A stretch of 63,519 bases of DNA, the filler included, from Octopus bimaculoides (taxonomy: Eukaryota): NCBI RefSeq assembly GCF_001194135.2. It is 7 parts of 7 records of this genome, joined end to end, with 100 filler letters (N's around TTAATTAATTAA, not from the genome) between each part and the next. Parts side by side here need not be neighbours in the genome. Positions count along the whole stretch, not along the records: positions 45,010 to 52,407 come from NC_068987.1; positions 52,508 to 59,719 come from NC_068983.1; positions 59,820 to 61,398 come from NW_026375175.1; positions 61,499 to 63,519 come from NC_068991.1; 3 more parts are not named here. One strand, 5' to 3'. The translations under genes were made by a program, and so were the position numbers. Under the pieces are notes generated by a model. It had not been told where the DNA came from, did not search any database, and saw only the letters and a program-made list of their open reading frames with translations. Shown here piece by piece: positions 52,298 to 63,519 of the stretch (its first letter is position 1; every line of letters starts with the position of its first letter).

Positions 52298-53636
52298 GGA
52301 TGTGTGATAAGAAGTTTGCTTTCGAATCACATGGGTTCATTGCTACGGTGTTGCAACTTGAACAAGTGTCTTCTATAGTTCTCGGTTGACCAAGGCCTAG
52401 TAAGTAGNNNNNNNNNNNNNNNNNNNNNNNNNNNNNNNNNNNNNNNNNNNNTTAATTAATTAANNNNNNNNNNNNNNNNNNNNNNNNNNNNNNNNNNNNN
52501 NNNNNNNTATATATATATATATATATATATGAGTGAACAAACGTAAATAGCACTGAACGCATTTTGATTGGAGTTATACGTATTGAAAACCCAGCTCTTC
52601 ATTACTTAATGTTTTCTGGATGTTGGGCACATTCATCTCAACAGGAGTTTCGATCTTTGATAGATATTTAGAGACTATCAATATATATTACTTATTCCTG
52701 TTTTCTTAGGTGTATGTAAAAATTGAAAGATTACAGATTATTAGGAGTTTATCAGGAATTCTGATACCTTCGTATATTAGCATGCTAGATTGCTAAGTAC
52801 TTTGTATGTGCAATTGGAAGGTCTTTGGTCAGATACGTAGAAGATATTCTAATGTGAAATCTTTCTCATAAATATGAATACAATATCTTCTATACGTGTT
52901 GACAATCTGTATTTCTACATTTAGTCGAACAACCAAGACAATCTGTTTTCTAACTCTGATTGGCTTCTGTTTGAAAATAGCTCTGGATGGTAACATCAAC
53001 AAAATTTCGTTAATAAAGATGCCTTTCAATCGATTTTATCTACAAGAAATAAATCTTCATACCTTAACATCGAGAAAAATAGCACTGACATTAAAGTTAA
53101 TTATAGAGAAAATACGATCCCGGACGTTGTAATGAAGTTCTAAAATCTAGACTCGGACGAATAATTGGTAACAAGAGGTTTTAAACAATAGTTATTTATG
53201 CCTGTTACGTAGATATTTAAGTAAACAACACAACGGTGTCAGTAAAACCATCGTCTGGAAGATCAGTAGTTTGTGTAATAAAGGAATTGTCAAGTACTTA
53301 CAGCTACAACCAATAATTGCATCGAGACTTTTCTATGTTTACTGCTTTAAACATTAAATGCCAGTTATCTATCCTATAAAATACTCTACTTGTATTTGTT
53401 GTACCCTTATCAAGATTTTCATCCCTTCAGGGGTCTAAAAAACAAGTATTACTTGAGCATTGGGAAATATTTCAAACTTTATGCCTATAGCATTACCGCT
53501 TTGAAGAGGTTCTATTGTTGGTCTGCTGTGCATACCATAGGGATATTGTATTTTATGCACATTTTTAATTTGAAACATTCGATCCATATGAATTAGTAAA
53601 GTAAAGTTACTGTTTTTAGCACCATATATATATATA

Positions 53637-53691
<55 letters not shown>

Positions 53692-53694
<3 letters not shown>

Positions 53695-54075
53695 GAGGCG
53701 CAATGGCCCAGTGGTTAGAGCAGCGGACTCGTGGTCTTAGGATCGCATTTTCGATTCCCAGACCGGGCGTTGTGAGTGTTTATTGAGCGAAAACCCTTAA
53801 AGCTCCACATGGCTCCGACATGGGGACATGGTGAACCCTGCTGTACTCCTTCACCACAACTTTCTCTTACTCTTCCTGTTTCTGTTGTACCTGTATTTCA
53901 AAGGGCCAATCTTGTCACACTCTGTGTCACGCTGAATCTCACCGAGAACTACATTAAGGGTACACGTGTCTGTGAAGTGCTCAGCCACTTGTACGTTAAT
54001 TTCACGAGCAGGCTGTTCCGTTTTTCGGATCAGCTGGAACACTCATCGTCGTAACCGACGGGTTGCCAACAACAA
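53692..54075 (+). mobile_element. SINE family A (more diverged)
   Basis: Homologous to the 37159 copy. Confidence 0.88.
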
Positions 54076-56510
54076 TGTATATATATTTTTTTTTGCGAAA
54101 TCAAGAACGGCCTCTAATAATGACTCATGTATATGTACCATTTTAATTACGATTGGTGTTTGAAATAAACTCGATCCTATCCTCATTACCACAACTTGCA
54201 CAAACTAAATGTCACCTCCTTAATAAGAAATAACACAAACCGCCGAATATGTAATTACATCCCAGATAAAGAAGCTAGCGTATCGTACGCCAGCAATTTT
54301 TACGTGATTTGTTAGTTTGTTTGTTTCTAAAAGAAACACGAGTAAGGAGTCAACCTGTCATGCACTCATATTAGCATTTATACTTATACGACCGCCTCAT
54401 TCTGTCACAAATAATGTGCATTTTTTAATAAGCAGATTTCACCAAATTCACACCCAGTCGCCAATCTGCATGCATATCAGCGCAATTATTCCAATTCTCC
54501 AGGAGACGCTAAGAAAGCAGGACGCGAAACAATGCACTTATAATAGTATCAGTTGAATCCATTGTCTTTTTCCTCAACAAAAATGCTAGAAATCGGTGAT
54601 ATTAATATACCTCTTGAACATAACAAGGAAACAAGTAACAACTGTATACTCAACATAATTGACAGCACACGTGTAAACCACTGGAAGCAAAAACAAAACG
54701 AAACAGAAATACATTTACGGCTACTACATTCGTCTAACTGAAGAGCAATAACATTTGTATATAAGATATACATTCGACGTTTCACCACGGAGTGTGCTAG
54801 ATATTAGGCACTCTACTGAATAAGTGATCACAACCAAATCATCGCATTATTGCATGCAGCAAATAGACAACAGACACACCATTTCCATGATAAACAAAAA
54901 TGCTGAAAAGGAATGATCATCTGGTCATGCGAGAGGCAGAGTTTCTTAATTCGAACTCCTTGCAACAAGACGGACACTATTTCTTCCACTCAATCCAAAC
55001 AAATTATAAAGAACATTTACAGCAAAATAGATGCAGCCCTGTCTCCTTCATTATGCAAGGAAGCATATCCCCAATACTAAGTATACAGGAACAGTAGCTG
55101 CCACATTCGGACTGAATTTAACTTGTTCCTTTCCTCAGTGACCACCATCAGCATTTATATACCTACAGATGAGCCAACAACGGAAATTCTATGTTGTTGC
55201 TCGACTGCCAGCAATAAAAGCCAAATCTCCCTTGTTATACCCTACCGTATCAGAAAAGAATGGGTCGGAGAATATGGCCGTAAGTCCCTGCATCTATGAT
55301 AAAAGCTATTCTAGCCGTAAATATGTCGCTAGAATATTTACGGCCAGAATATCTTTTATCATATATGCTCGATGAGAGATGACCTAGGGTTAAACAGCAG
55401 CAACAACATATATGCTTATAGATATAGACTAGATTTTGGGGAACTATCTCAATGCTTGTAACTTTAAAGGAGTGGATTTACCCCTCTAAACAATCAAAAA
55501 GTAGCACTACCCACAGAAGTGCTTCTTACAAAACGATCTTATTTGAAGTCAAAGAATAGATCAAACTATAGTTGAAAAGCAAAAGTTTGTAAAAGAATTG
55601 CAATTCCCGATAGTATTATTAGATTTATGTATGGTTGTATTTCAGTAAATTGGCATGAGCTTCAAACATTTTCTTAGATGATTATGGTGGATAATTTCCA
55701 TCAGTTGTTGCAGGAAACATTCATCTTTTATACAGCTGCAAAGTACATAGCAGACTACTTGGGAGAGTGAGATTATGGCATTCGGTTACAGGAAATTTGT
55801 GGTGGAATATACCTAAGAAAATTATATCTGTCACTCTCTTTGCAGTCTTAGATATATCACTGAAATATATTTACTGCTAAGGATAATGAGTCTACTATTA
55901 ACGATGCCGGAATACTTAAATGACTTCAAGTGATAGGTGTAGACCTTTTGTAGACACAGACACTTTGCGGTAGGACTATATGAAGAGAGTTGCTTTCGAT
56001 CTTCCTTCTGATATGAACTCTCATAACGACTGAGATGAAGAGAAATATTGGTCAAAGCTTCTTTGAAACTGAACATAGTTCGAGCAATATTAAGATTGTG
56101 GCAGTTTATCCCACCTTCACTATGTCTATAAGTACTTTTCTTAGACAGTGCATAGAAGTTGTTGAAGTGCTTCTGTTTGCATTCTCGGTTTTTGCCAGCT
56201 TTTGTGTTTACTTGGTAATGGTGACTTGATTATCTCATCGCCTTTCATTACAACATTAATACCTCTCTTGTCATTAGTGATTTATATATTGACTTTCGTT
56301 TTCTTTAGTCCTCTTATTGTTGTTTGTGATGGTGGAGGCATGTGCTGTTAATATCTTTACTGGTATCATCGTTTTCAGAGATTGACCTATCACTATCAAA
56401 TACTTGAGGATTTGCTGAATTCCTTGCTTGTAGTTCTTATGGCTTCAGTGTCCGCATTTTGATTTGTGAATAATTTTCGTTTACTTAATATTTTTCAATA
56501 GATCCATAAG

Positions 56511-56589
<79 letters not shown>

Positions 56590-57419
56590 AGATACACCAT
56601 AATGGTATTTCATCGACTGAATTCTGAGTTTTTACTTGATGTCTGAAAACTATTACTCTAAGTCGGACGTCCTGATGATGTGTNNNNNNNNNNNNNNNNN
56701 NNNNNNNNNNNNNNNNNNNNNNNNNNNNNNNNNNNNNNNNNNNNNNNNNNNNNNNNNNNNNNNNNNNNNNNNNNNNNNNNNNNNNNNNNNNNNNNNNNNN
56801 NNNNNNNNNNNNNNNNNNNNNNNNNNNNNNNNNNNNNNNNNNNNNNNNNNNNNNNNNNNNNNNNNNNNNNNNNNNNNNNNNNNNNNNNNNNNNNNNNNNN
56901 NNNNNNNNNNNNNNNNNNNNNNNNNNNNNNNNNNNNNNNNNNNNNNNNNNNNNNNNNNNNNNNNNNNNNNNNNNNNNNNNNNNNNNNNNNNNNNNNNNNN
57001 NNNNNNNNNNNNNNNNNNNNNNNNNNNNNNNNNNNNNNNNNNNNNNNNNNNNNNNNNNNNNNNNNNNNNNNNNNNNNNNNNNNNNNNNNNNNNNNNNNNN
57101 NNNNNNNNNNNNNNNNNNNNNNNNNNNNNNNNNNNNNNNNNNNNNNNNNNNNNNNNNNNNNNNNNNNNNNNNNNNNNNNNNNNNNNNNNNNNNNNNNNNN
57201 NNNNNNNNNNNNNNNNNNNNNNNNNNNNNNNNNNNNNNNNNNNNNNNNNNNNNNNNNNNNNNNNNNNNNNNNNNNNNNNNNNNNNNNNNNNNNNNNNNNN
57301 NNNNNNNNNNNNNNNNNNNNNNNNNNNNNNNNNNNNNTATATATATACATATATATATATATACATATATACATGCATATTTATATGTATATGGCAAATC
57401 AAAAACGGGAGATAGAATA

Positions 57420-58600
57420 CATGATAATTTATTATTAATCTCGACAATTGTTCAATTGTTTCGACACATCTAGCATCGATTACCTATGAGTGGGACACTC
57501 AACAACTGGTTCAGGAGTATCCTGCAACGCAGATGTATCTCGTCGGGTGATATGTGATTTGCAAACAACTTGCACATGCAAGTGCTACCAGTCGAAAGCT
57601 AGGCATACCGGAAGCCAGCAAGTGTATGGGGTCATCAGAAGAAAATGAGCGCCGTTTCGAGGCCTGCCTCTTGATGGCATCAACGCGCACCGGCCCCCTC
57701 ACTGATATGAGGCCCCGCTTGCTAGATCAGCAGGTTATCGAATAAAGCTCAATATTCTTCTAGCCATCGCTCATCATCTCTTTTTAACCAAATCCAGTAG
57801 CTAGCCTTTTCCACTGTAGTTTGGATATCGGTCATTTACTTTACGATTATTTAGGCCTGACGATAACAACAGTCGCCTACTATCTTCCACTCCAGATAAT
57901 TCCTTTCCTATATCGTATATTGAGCTTGTTAACAGTCCCAGTTTCTCTACTGTAGATACTGTCATTTTACAAGGCGTTCGACATACCTTATTTTCAAACT
58001 GTTTATATTTTCCTTTCTCATTAGCAGCAGGCCACAGAACCCTCGATTTCTTCCGAGTACTATCTGATGCACCAGTTTCACAACCTGCAGTTTCCTGTCG
58101 GGAAGTGGTCTTTGCCGTACCATTTATCGATCTACTGTGGTTTGAGTCCGGAGATGATTTGCCACGTGTTTAACGATCAGATGATCCACACTGCTCTATC
58201 CTCTTCTTACAAGCCTTTCTCTGATGTATCTTCAAGCCTCTCTCGGTTGCGAAGGTCCTACAGCACAGCTTGCATCCAAAATTGTTTGCACTCCGTTCGC
58301 TGTTCGAAGGAATAGCCGTATTCATGTCCAGGTTAATTTTCGTGTTAACTGTGTTTGATTGATCCTCGACTCCCGCCTCTCGGTCAATTATGGGGCTGTC
58401 AGTTTCATTGGTATTTGTTACATGTTACAAAGGCGCGGATCGTAAGCGCGCAGCCTCCGCCATTCTTGGTGTCGATAGTCTTTCCCATTGTCCGCATACA
58501 AGCATCCGGGAAAATCTGAGCATACGCACACGTGAGGTTTGGTGCACTCATGGTCACAAAGTGAGTTAGCTATCTACTTGCTGTTTGTAAGACTCGAGTT
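57420..58600 (-). mobile_element. Internally deleted HERO/NeSL-type RLE non-LTR retrotransposon
   Basis: N-terminal CKLCCRTFATERGLKIHQRKAC zinc finger and RVLWPAANEK...IYDIGKE, joined within ~100 nt to C-terminal VEKASYWIWLKRDDERW; RT absent. Confidence 0.7.
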
Positions 58601-58960
58601 GCCTACACCCTTATAAATCTACTTTCGCACAATGAAGTGGGAATGAATTGAGTAACCGTTAACATAATTTAATTTACTTTAAGGGATAGATGACTTAAGT
58701 TTACTTTTAAACCTCCCCATTCTTACAAACAACAAGTAGATAGTTAACTCGATTTGTGATCACGAGTGAATCAAACCTCACTTGTGTGAATGCTCACATT
58801 TTTGCAGATGCTTGTATGAGCGCCTGTACTAAGGCCATGCAGCTTGCCCGAGGGCATTTATACATCCATATTGTTAACGGTTGTTTTTAATAATTTTCTC
58901 ACTGTGTTGCGTGTTCATTTCTCATTCCATCTGTGATTTTAGTTTTAATCTTCTGGGTGT

Positions 58961-59424
58961 AGGAGTGTATGTCTGGAAAGTAGCTTGCTTACAAACCACA
59001 TGGTTCCGGGTTCAGTTCCACTGCGTAGCACCTGGGGCAAGTGTCTTCTACTATTCTCTCGACCCGACCAAAGCCTTGTGAGTGGATTTGGTAGACGGAA
59101 ACTGAAAGAAGCCTGTCGTATATATGTATATATANNNNNNNNNNNNNNNNNNNNNNNNNNNNNNNNNNNNNNNNNNNNNNNNNNNNNNNNNAGTATGTGT
59201 GTGTGTATATGTTTGTGTCTGTGTTTGTCCCCCCAATATCGCTTGACAACCGATGCTGGTGTGTTTACGCTCCCGTAACTTAGCGGTTCGGGAAAAAAGC
59301 CGATAGAATAAGTACTAGGCTTACAAAGAATAAGTCCTGGGGTCGATTTGCTCGACTAAAGGCGTTGCTCCAGCATGACCACAGTCAAATGACTGAAACA
59401 GGTAAAAGAGTAAAGAGTAAAGAG
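58961..59424 (+). mobile_element. SINE family C, near full length
   Basis: Head, internal (ta)/(tg) array and ...gtaaaagag tail. Confidence 0.9.
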
Positions 59425-59819
59425 TATAAATGAAAACATTTCCTCCGTCTGGCTGCTTTTCTTTCTACAAAACGAGAAGTTACATTGCGGAACTGTTATT
59501 TCAACGAGTTGTATCTATTTATCACCCGACAAGATACATCTGCACCACCGGATGATCCTGAACCAGTTGTTGAGTTTCCCACCCATGAGGGATCGATGGT
59601 AGATGTGTCGAAACAATTGTCGTGATGACTAATAAATTTTTGTATATTCCATCTTCCGTGTTTCATTTGCCATATACATAAAGATCACTATGAAAGTGAC
59701 CGTCCTTTACCAGTAAGCTNNNNNNNNNNNNNNNNNNNNNNNNNNNNNNNNNNNNNNNNNNNNTTAATTAATTAANNNNNNNNNNNNNNNNNNNNNNNNN
59801 NNNNNNNNNNNNNNNNNNN

Positions 59820-61398
59820 TTACGGCAACAACATCCAGTTACACACCAATAACATCTAGTCACACACTAGCAAAATCCAGTCACACACCAACAACATCTA
59901 GTCACACACCAACAAAATCCCACAGTATTACGAATGTAACCGCAACAAATCACACAACAGTAAACACGCCCGACCCCACACCAACAGCATCGTCCAGTTA
60001 CACATCAGAAAACATACCCACTCACAAGTCAACAGAAAAACATAGTCGCAAACCAACAACATATAGTCATACTCCCACAACAACACACAGACACACAATA
60101 AAAACAGTTGCAACACAATCTGATATAGCAATACCTACAACGCAACCTGACGTAACAACTACAAGACATGACACAACAAATAAACCAAACACTGACATAA
60201 CAACATCCACAATACAACCTGACATAAAAGCTACTACACAACTTGACACAGCAACTGATACAACAGAAGCGACAGCACAATCTGTCTTAACGACAGCTGC
60301 AACACATCATCACATGACAGCTATAACGAAACCTGCTACAGCAATAGCTGCTTCAAAACGTGACATAACAGCTACACCACCACCTGACTCAGCAACAGTT
60401 ACATCACAAACTGACCTTACAGCGGATACAACACAGCCTGTTACAACAACTACAGTAGCTACAACACAATTTCACATAACTACATCNNNNNNNNNNCTGT
60501 TACAACAACTACAGTAGCTACAACACAATTTCACATAACTACATCAAAATCTTACACAACAAGAGCAACAACACAACCTGACATAACAACAGCTACGACA
60601 CAACNNNNNNNNNNNNNNNNNNNNNNNNNNNNNNNNNNNNNNNNNNNNNNNNNNNNNNNNNNNNNNNNNNNNNNNNNNNNNNNNNNNNNNNNNNNNNNNN
60701 NNNNNNNNNNNNNNNNNNNNNNNNNNNNNNNNNNNNNNNNNNNNNNNNNNNNNNNNNNNNNNNNNNNNNNNNNNNNNNNNNNNNNNNNNNNNNNNNNNAT
60801 AACATCGGCTACAACACAACATGTGAAAACAAAAGATACAACACAACCGTTCACAACAATAGGTACAATAAAATCTGACATAACAATAGATAAAACACGA
60901 AGTGAAACAACGCTAGGTTCAACACAATTCGACATAACAACAGATCCTACGCAATCTAATGCAACAATAGCTACAACACAACCTGATATGACAACTGCTC
61001 AAAAACAAGCTGGCATAGGAACCCAAAAACAATCTCGCTCAACAACTACAATGCAGTCTGACACAAAAATAGTTACCACACAACCCGCTATAGCAACAAC
61101 TACTATACAACCCGATGTAACAACAGCTAGAACACAAGTTGACAAAATTAGAACACAGCCTTACACAACAAGTGGGACAGTACAACCAGATTTAACAACA
61201 GCTACAATACAACCTGTCTTAACAACAAATACAATACAAACTCACACAAGACAAATAACGACAACAACCATAACTGAACTACCAACCAAAGCAGAACCAA
61301 GGACAACTACAGCAGAAACAACCACAAAAGACACAACAACAAGCACAACTGAATCAACAACTACAAAAGAAACAACAACAAACAAAAGAGCATCAACA
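59820..61398 (+). CDS. Thr-rich mucin-like ORF, ends hidden in gaps
   Basis: No stop in one frame in each of three contig pieces (59820-60486, 60497-60604, 60799-61398); SHTPTTS-type then TTQPD(I/V/M)T repeats. Confidence 0.6.
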
Positions 61399-63477
61399 NN
61401 NNNNNNNNNNNNNNNNNNNNNNNNNNNNNNNNNNNNNNNNNNTTAATTAATTAANNNNNNNNNNNNNNNNNNNNNNNNNNNNNNNNNNNNNNNNNNNNTT
61501 GCATTAACATGCGACATTTTCATTTGTAATTATTTTCATATACACTTATGCACACACACATATATCAAATAAATAAACGAAAAAAAAAACACATGTATAA
61601 ACATTTATACATTCTTGCAGCATATACTTAGAGACAGACAGACGGACAGACGGACAGACAGACAGGCTGGCAGGCAGGCATGAGGGTGGACAGGATAGTA
61701 AAGCACATAAATGACAATAAATAAAGAATCCGTGGAACTGAGCATGAAGATTTCACCCGTATCATTAATTCCCTGTTCATGGTGTTATCTACCCATGAGG
61801 TGAAAGGAGAATCCTCAAAGTTAAAATATGAAAAGTGACATCATCTAAAATAATTTTGCGAGTAATGTAAATAATGCTTCTACATTTATCCCAGAAATGT
61901 GTAGGCATAAGGGGTCAGAGGTCATAATCTAAAGCAGAAACCAGTCGCTTAACGGTCGTTTGTTGAATGTGAAATGCGAGTGAGAAAAATTTGCACCTTT
62001 ACGGAACTAATGAGATATCTTCAGCTCATATACCTGGAAAAATATCTTTAGAACTATATTTGTAGTTAATGGAGAGATGCATTGTATAATTAAATTAATT
62101 TAATAGCAGTCGTGGCACGCAGACATTCACAAAACCAGAAAAGCCATGGCTAATTTAGAGATATTAATTAAGTATGCATAAGTTCATACTGTGTCAAATA
62201 GGAGAAGACTGATAACTCGTATGGTGAATTTGTTTAACGCGAAGAAGTGTTACACACGTCAACCTCACTCTCTCATCTGTGATTGTCTTCAATCCATTCA
62301 CAGGGACTGGTCAAGACGACTGGGGAAAGAGGCGCCTGCAACGGATGACCATCGTGTATTACTTGCCTCGTCCTGCTCCCTGTGCTCCACCATGCGTGCT
62401 ACAGCTGCCTTCCTTTCTGTTGGGGTATGACAGTTTCTTCAGTAGAGTTCGCAGGATCCAAAGGTGTATGGGGTGTCAGGAGGGGTAGCATCTTCGACGG
62501 CGAAACACGCCGAATTCCTAGAAGTGGTTTGTCTATTGTGGTCTCCACTTGGTACCCAACTCTCACCTGTGACTCCAAGTTAGCTGTTTGCATGCAACGG
62601 CGACCACACTCTGGTAAACCATTTCGATTATCAGGCAAAAACCAAGTGAGGGTATCCACCGGATGTGTAACTTTGAATGAGTGCTTGCCTACCTAAGCAT
62701 TGAAGACATATAGGTAGGCATACACACATACATATATACGTGAACAAAACCATTCAGAGTACTTGAAATCCGTTGTCAAGTTCATGTCAGCATTATACTA
62801 ACTATTAGTTTAAAATAGAACATGTATGCTAACTTGATGAGAAATTCAGTTACGCTATCTGGAATATAACATTTGATTTCTATCAATAAATATTGGAACA
62901 CTTGGTTACGTGATTAACTGCCAACGTTTTAATCTTGAGAATCTGGGTTTCACAAAATGAGAAAGATCAACCAGTTAGATTACAGATACAAGCTGTAATC
63001 AAAACATGCGAAACATTCATGCAAAAAATTTATGAATATAAAAATGTAATAAGATCCACGTATGGAAATCTATCCACACCTGCACTCAAGTGTGTATGTA
63101 GATATACATTAGTATATTCATAATATATAAAGGCACACATGTTTGTGTATATATATATTGCTCAAGATTAAAAGAAATAGTTTTTTATTGTTTTATTTGT
63201 TTCGGTCATGTGACTGCGGTCAAGCAGGAGCACCACCTTTAGTTGAAGAAATCGACACCGGGATTTATTCTTTGTAAGCCTAGTACTAATTCTATCAAAA
63301 GGCTAAGTTACGAGGACGCAAACACAGCAACATTAGTTGTCAAGCGATGGTGGGGTACAAACACAGAGATACAGAGACACATTCATATATATATACATAT
63401 ATGTAAATATATATACATATATACATACATATAAAAACATATAAATTCATATGTATATATACACATATATATAAATG

Positions 63478-63519
<42 letters not shown>

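Noticed and set aside
52600-53050. Possible Penelope remnant with a GATCGAAAC half-core (minus)
   Set aside because: CTGATGA half absent and protein similarity too weak to support
56665-56683. CCTGATGATGTG possible hammerhead 5' half
   Set aside because: Cut by a gap; cannot be evaluated
57620-57670. GAAAC...CTGATGA (type II hammerhead order) on the minus strand
   Set aside because: Stems II and III do not pair
60438-60545. 49-nt direct repeat flanking a 10-N gap
   Set aside because: Exact duplication either side of a tiny gap; most likely an unmerged contig overlap
62191-62696. Cluster of short GC-richer ORFs
   Set aside because: No motif I recognise; probably TE debris, unclassifiable by eye

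Overview
AT-rich, microsatellite-dense animal genomic DNA with many N-gaps. The SINE families and repeat landscape suggest a coleoid cephalopod, most likely Octopus (inferred, not searched). The one recognisable host gene is part of a kinesin-3 unc-104/KIF1A/KIF1B ortholog on the + strand. It has six conserved exons (21599-32122, DUF3694 region), a candidate 18-nt microexon, a candidate 60-nt cassette exon and a weak candidate alternative last exon; its upstream and downstream exons were not found. The rest is transposon-derived: a Gypsy LTR element nested in a mariner, RTE, Tx1/L1, R4/Dong-type and HERO/NeSL-type LINE remnants, Penelope-like fragments, tRNA-type SINEs and MITEs. A stop-free Thr-rich mucin-like ORF lies at 59.8-61.4 kb. 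The most interesting signals are four: (i) several sequence-distinct minimal type I hammerhead ribozyme motifs, one inside a 175-bp-arm palindrome that could mask it; (ii) candidate lineage-specific alternative exons of unc-104; (iii) an apparent CpG-decay boundary near 35.5 kb, after which no further kinesin exons were found; (iv) repeated targeting of (TAA)n arrays by RLE-type LINEs.
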